From positions 416,001 to 480,000 of the forward strand of contig CBDCTZ010000005.1 in assembly GCA_965222375.1 (NCBI GenBank): 64,000 nt of DNA. The letters run 5' to 3'. This document shows, piece by piece, positions 60,114-64,000 of the stretch. The stretch comes from Polyangiaceae bacterium. GTDB lineage: Bacteria; Myxococcota_A; Polyangia; Polyangiales; Polyangiaceae. The translations under genes were made by a program, and so were the position numbers. The number at the start of each line of letters is the position of its first letter. The stretch's first letter is position 1. Under the pieces are notes generated by a model. That model was not told the DNA's origin, ran no database searches, and was given only the letters and a program-made list of their open reading frames with translations.

Positions 60114-60617
60114 ATGAAGTCCATCGGTACCATTGTCACAGGAGCGATTCTGCTGTCCTCAGCCCTGGCTTGCGGTTCGCCACCAGCCAAGTCCGCCAAC
60201 CCCACGCGCACCCTCGACGAGCGGCGCGCGGTGGAGATCATCATCCGCGGATTCCGGGCCGAGCGGGACCAACCCGTTCCTGGCACCTCCATCGAGCTGG
60301 AGGAAGGCAAGCAACTCGAAATCGACGTTGGCTCATCGGGACGCAAGTACGGCGTTGCCTACGTAACCGCGAATGAACGCCGAACCCTCGGTTCCGCCCT
60401 GCCCGCTCGCGACCCCTCCATGGGCGATGCCTTGCAATTGGTGCGCGGCATTGGCGACGCGGCAGATGCAAAGATCCTCGTGCTACACGACACGTCGTAC
60501 CTCTACGACGACCACGTGGGCGCGGGGCGTGAGGCGAGTACGATTACCGCCGAGAGAAAGCTCGAACGCGATGTTCGAGACTTCCTCGTCCGCGCCCACG
60601 CCGAACGCTGGCCATGA
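60114..60617 (+). CDS. Hypothetical lipoprotein
   Basis: GGAAGG RBS; MKSIG...ALAC lipobox. Confidence 0.72.
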   Translation: MKSIGTIVTGAILLSSALACGSPPAKSANPTRTLDERRAVEIIIRGFRAERDQPVPGTSIELEEGKQLEIDVGSSGRKYGVAYVTANERRTLGSALPARDPSMGDALQLVRGIGDAADAKILVLHDTSYLYDDHVGAGREASTITAERKLERDVRDFLVRAHAERWP

Positions 60618-60787
60618 GCGAGCGTCGTCAAGTCGGAATCGGTGCCACCCTTGCGCTGGTCGGCATCGCGCTTTCCGCATCCGAGAATCCCCACGCAGGG
60701 GCTTGGACGACTCTCATCGGCTTGGTGGCGATGATTTGGGGCGTGCACCGCTTCGGCCGCAGCGGCACCGACGGCAGCGCGACATAA
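60614..60787 (+). CDS. 57-aa two-TM membrane microprotein (not in ORF track)
   Basis: ATGA overlap; MSERRQVGIGATLALVGIALSASENPHAGAWTTLIGLVAMIWGVHRFGRSGTDGSAT; fills the gap to the next stop. Confidence 0.7.
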   Translation: MSERRQVGIGATLALVGIALSASENPHAGAWTTLIGLVAMIWGVHRFGRSGTDGSAT

Positions 60788-60788
60788 C

Positions 60789-61628
60789 TCAAGTCTCGCT
60801 GCGCAAGACGGCGATTCCCACGTCGCTTCCCAGGACTTCGGTCTTGCCAACGGCCAGAGTGAAGTCCCGGCCCGTTATTTCCAGCTCGGTGCTGAACAGC
60901 CCGTCTTTCAGGTTCGAGAGGGGCTTCTTGTCCACGATGGCCTTCGCGTTCACCGCGGGCGAGACGGGCGCGCCGTAGGCCGCGTCACCGACCACGACAT
61001 ACACGTATAGTAGGGGCATCTTGTCATCGGCGCCGGCTTCATCCCGCACCTGACCGCGCAGCGCGTTTTCCAGCCGGTATGCGTAGGCAGACCAGGACCA
61101 ACCCGTGACGTAGAGTGCTTGGGTCTTGCCACCGCTGACAATGGGCTGCGCCGCAACCCATTGTCCATCGGGTCCCTTGACCCCCGCTGCTTCCGGCATC
61201 GACCCCGCCGTCTCGACGTACTTCCCGCCCAAGGCCTGCTTGAGCTTCGGGTAGCTGGCGAAGGCGTTCTTCCCAACCATCAGGTCCTGCTCTTGGTCAT
61301 TGCGAACCACGACGCCTTTCACGTCCACGATCGCAAAGAAGGTGGACTTGGCAACCCTCAAGTCTTGCACCTTGGACCGCGCTCGTTTCAAACCCTTGCG
61401 CACCGCTGGGAGGTCCTCGGCCGGCGCCGTGTCCTTTTCGAACAAGGCCACCAAGTGCTTGGCGCCTTCAGGCAGGCCGCTGCGCACCTCCGCAACGTCT
61501 GCTTCTGCCGCTTTGGTCAAGAACGCGACGTGGCCACGCGCGCTTTCCAAAGACTTCTTGCTGCCTCGGTCGCAACCGGAAGCTAGTGTCAAAAGGCCGA
61601 TGGCTAGGATAAATGCGCGCCGAAGCAT
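60789..61628 (-). CDS. Hypothetical lipoprotein, possible Cache-like fold
   Basis: LASGC lipobox; FAIVDVKGVVVRN...WVAAQPIV. Confidence 0.65.
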   Translation of the reverse strand: MLRRAFILAIGLLTLASGCDRGSKKSLESARGHVAFLTKAAEADVAEVRSGLPEGAKHLVALFEKDTAPAEDLPAVRKGLKRARSKVQDLRVAKSTFFAIVDVKGVVVRNDQEQDLMVGKNAFASYPKLKQALGGKYVETAGSMPEAAGVKGPDGQWVAAQPIVSGGKTQALYVTGWSWSAYAYRLENALRGQVRDEAGADDKMPLLYVYVVVGDAAYGAPVSPAVNAKAIVDKKPLSNLKDGLFSTELEITGRDFTLAVGKTEVLGSDVGIAVLRSET

Positions 61629-61711
61629 AGTCTCATTCGTCTTGCTGACGGTTTTCGGCGATGCTACTCGCTTTGGTTCACCACGTCGAAGATGAATCGC
61701 TCAGGACCCTC

Positions 61712-62515
61712 GTGTCAGGCCAGGACCCTCCCGCTTCCAATCGCTTGAGCGACGCTCCGGCGGCGCCCCGACAGCCCAATTGGGATCGGTCGCGGGACTC
61801 CTTACGAGCCGTGCACGAGATGGTCGCACCCGACGACTTGAGCGTCGTCTTTCAGCCCATTGTGAAGCTCGCCAATACTCGGCTATTCGCCTACGAGGCC
61901 CTGGTGCGCTGCCGAGTGCCTCAATACGCCAACCCCCTGGTGCTGTTTCAGCAGGCGGTGGCGGCCGGCTGCGCCGGACGCATGGGGCGGATGATTCGTG
62001 AAATCGCCGTGCAACTGGCGGGCTCCACGCCCTTGTTCGTCAACGTGCACCCACACGAATTGAGCGAAAGCTGGCTGGTGCGCCCGGATGACCCCATCTA
62101 TCAGCACGACGACGAGGTCTACCTCGAGTTGACTGAGTCGGTACCCCTCACCCACTTCGATCTCTGCCTCAATGTGCTACGCGAGGTCCGAAATCGCGGC
62201 GGCGTTCACTTGGTCGTCGACGATCTGGGCGCGGGCTGTTCAAACCTGAAGCGCATCGCAGACCTCGAGCCCCGGGTGGTCAAACTCGATCGCGACTTGA
62301 TTTCCGGACTGGATCGCAGTGAACGCCAGCGCAAGATGGTCACGAGCGTGGTTCGGCTCTGCAAGCAGCTCGACGCAGTCGTCGTAGCCGAAGGGGTGGA
62401 AACCGCGGACGAGCACTTTGCCCTGGTCGACACCGGCGCAAACTACGCACAGGGCTACGTTTACGCTCGCCCGGGCTACCCGATCCCGAGCATCCAGGTT
62501 CCCCGCAGGGTGTGA
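61712..62515 (+). CDS. Stand-alone EAL-domain c-di-GMP phosphodiesterase
   Basis: FQPIV, YEALVR, FVN, ELTE, DDLGAG, VKLDR, AEGVE, QGY. Confidence 0.9.
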   Translation: MSGQDPPASNRLSDAPAAPRQPNWDRSRDSLRAVHEMVAPDDLSVVFQPIVKLANTRLFAYEALVRCRVPQYANPLVLFQQAVAAGCAGRMGRMIREIAVQLAGSTPLFVNVHPHELSESWLVRPDDPIYQHDDEVYLELTESVPLTHFDLCLNVLREVRNRGGVHLVVDDLGAGCSNLKRIADLEPRVVKLDRDLISGLDRSERQRKMVTSVVRLCKQLDAVVVAEGVETADEHFALVDTGANYAQGYVYARPGYPIPSIQVPRRV

Positions 62516-62527
62516 GCGGGACTCAGC

Positions 62528-63538
62528 TCAGGCTGCACACACGAAATCTACGCCCTCGCGGTAGCCCCAACCCTGGAGCGCCACGCGGATTTGCTCCCGG
62601 GGTGCGGCGCCGGCAACGGAAGCGACGATGGGCTCCCCGCGCCGCTGTGCCAGCGCGTCAGGTGTCACGACCTGAGCTCCGCGAATGCGCTGACCGATCC
62701 GCCCCCGGTGTAGCTCCACGATGAGGCTCGGGTGCTTGCCATGACTCGACAGCGCCGCACAGAGCTCCTTGCCGGTGTCGCCGTAGCCCCAAAGGATGTA
62801 GCGCTCGTCGGCGCTGAGAAAGCCTTGGGACAGGTAGTGCGCCTTGCAGGCCACGATGCGGTCCTGTCGACAAATGGGGCTGGTGCGCGAAAGACGCTCG
62901 GGGCTTTCGCGCCAGTACAGCAGCCGCTCTGGAACAACCGAAACTTGCAAACCGTCAGCGAGCATGCGTAGCACGAGGTCGTAGTCTTCCGGCCAGCCCC
63001 GGTCCGCATACCTGAACCGTCGCAACACGCCGCGGCGGACCATCAGGGACGGGTGCGCCACGGGGCATTCGATGAACGCATCTCGAGCTAGGCCTTCCGA
63101 ATCCCGGATGGAGCACAGCCATGCTTCGTAGTTCCTCATCCCGTCGCTGAGCGCTCGGGTCGGGAACAACCGAACGTGACAGCCCAGCGCGGCAACCGCC
63201 GGGTGCGCCTCGAAGCCTTGCACCTGCAGCGCGAGACGATGTTTGTGACACAGGTCGTCGGCATCCATCCTTGCGACAAGCTGCCCCCGGCACTGCTCCA
63301 ACCCGATGTTGAGGGCGGAAACAATCCCGGCGCCCTGCCCCACCACCATGCGGATCCGCGGATCTGCCCTCGCCACGGCTTGGACGACTCTGGGGGTGGC
63401 ATCGGTGGACCCGTCATCCACGACGACGCATTCGAAATCGTTCAGAGACTGTCGGCAGATCGTCGCCAATGCCGCCGGAAGAGTTTCCGCAGCATTACGC
63501 GCGGGCAACAGAACGCTGACCCGCGGTGAGCTAGCCAC
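62528..63538 (-). CDS. Glycosyltransferase family 2
   Basis: VSVLLPARN, VDDGSTD, ARMDADD, EDYDL; C-terminal WGYGDTG Rossmann-like region. Confidence 0.9.
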   Translation of the reverse strand: MASSPRVSVLLPARNAAETLPAALATICRQSLNDFECVVVDDGSTDATPRVVQAVARADPRIRMVVGQGAGIVSALNIGLEQCRGQLVARMDADDLCHKHRLALQVQGFEAHPAVAALGCHVRLFPTRALSDGMRNYEAWLCSIRDSEGLARDAFIECPVAHPSLMVRRGVLRRFRYADRGWPEDYDLVLRMLADGLQVSVVPERLLYWRESPERLSRTSPICRQDRIVACKAHYLSQGFLSADERYILWGYGDTGKELCAALSSHGKHPSLIVELHRGRIGQRIRGAQVVTPDALAQRRGEPIVASVAGAAPREQIRVALQGWGYREGVDFVCAA

Positions 63539-64000
63539 GCTCGCGCACTGCTGCCAACACCGCTGCAACGTGCCCTGGAACCTTCACACCGCGCCAGACC
63601 CTTCGCACGACACCACTGGGCCCGACGACGAAGGTGCTGCGCTCCACTCCCATGTACTCGCGACCATAGAGCCGCTTCTTCACCCAGACCCCAAAGGTGT
63701 TGCAGAGAACCCGAGAGTTGTCCGACAGCAAAGTGAAAGGCAGCCGTTGTTTGCTCACGAACTTGGCGTGGGTTGCGACGGAGTCCGGGCTCACCCCGAT
63801 GACTCGCGCACCCGCGCGCCTGAAGGCGCTGATCGCATCCCGAAAATCGCACGCTTCTTGCGTGCAACCGGGAGTGTCATCCTTCGGGTAGAAGTACAGG
63901 ACATAAGGCGCACCGCGCAGCTCCTTGGAACTCAGCCAGCGCCCTTCCTGGTCTTGCAACCGGAAGTCAGGCGCCCTCGACCCAGGTACGACAGAGCCGG
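63531..64000 (-). CDS. bcp: Peroxiredoxin BCP/PrxQ (5'-partial)
   Basis: APDFRL...LYFYPKDDTPGCTQEACDFRD, GVSPD, RSTF. Frame is open to the window end. Confidence 0.93.
   Translation of the reverse strand, partial: GSVVPGSRAPDFRLQDQEGRWLSSKELRGAPYVLYFYPKDDTPGCTQEACDFRDAISAFRRAGARVIGVSPDSVATHAKFVSKQRLPFTLLSDNSRVLCNTFGVWVKKRLYGREYMGVERSTFVVGPSGVVRRVWRGVKVPGHVAAVLAAVRERG

Noticed and set aside
59954..60346. Long N-terminal extension of the 59309 ORF
   Set aside because: Overlaps a credible + strand lipoprotein gene, and a lipobox lies just after ATG 59953.

Overview
GC-rich, densely coding chromosomal window of about 55 genes. Gene content (Ser/Thr kinases, DUF4388, PEGA, zinc-ribbon/GYF and HEAT proteins, LonD-like Lon, many Cys-rich lipoproteins) suggests a myxobacterium, probably Polyangiaceae-like; this is inferred, not searched. 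I saw no rRNA, tRNA, CRISPR array or mobile element. Housekeeping genes include pyrR-pyrB, murI, hom, lon, fmt, nikR, a pabB-like gene and bcp. The strongest candidate for an undescribed system is at 50.8-56.3 kb: inositol-1-phosphate synthase, a LicC/PntC-type cytidylyltransferase, an unusual fusion of an IPCT-type cytidylyltransferase with a HisC-like PLP enzyme, and a CDP-alcohol phosphotransferase. Together these suggest a CDP-inositol / amino-alcohol headgroup pathway. Other notable items: an orphan ParA with an RHH partner; a Cys/His-motif sigma-region-4 protein; an Hsp70 split by a ~440-aa disordered insert; an SPFH protein with GYPPQ repeats; three apparent pseudo-enzymes; a probable frameshift in an M1 peptidase; a DUF1287/NlpC-P60-like lipoprotein; a 57-aa membrane ORF missed by the ORF track; and a recurring leaderless-promoter signature. 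All family calls come from motif recognition by eye. Several start codons were re-chosen from the ORF track.
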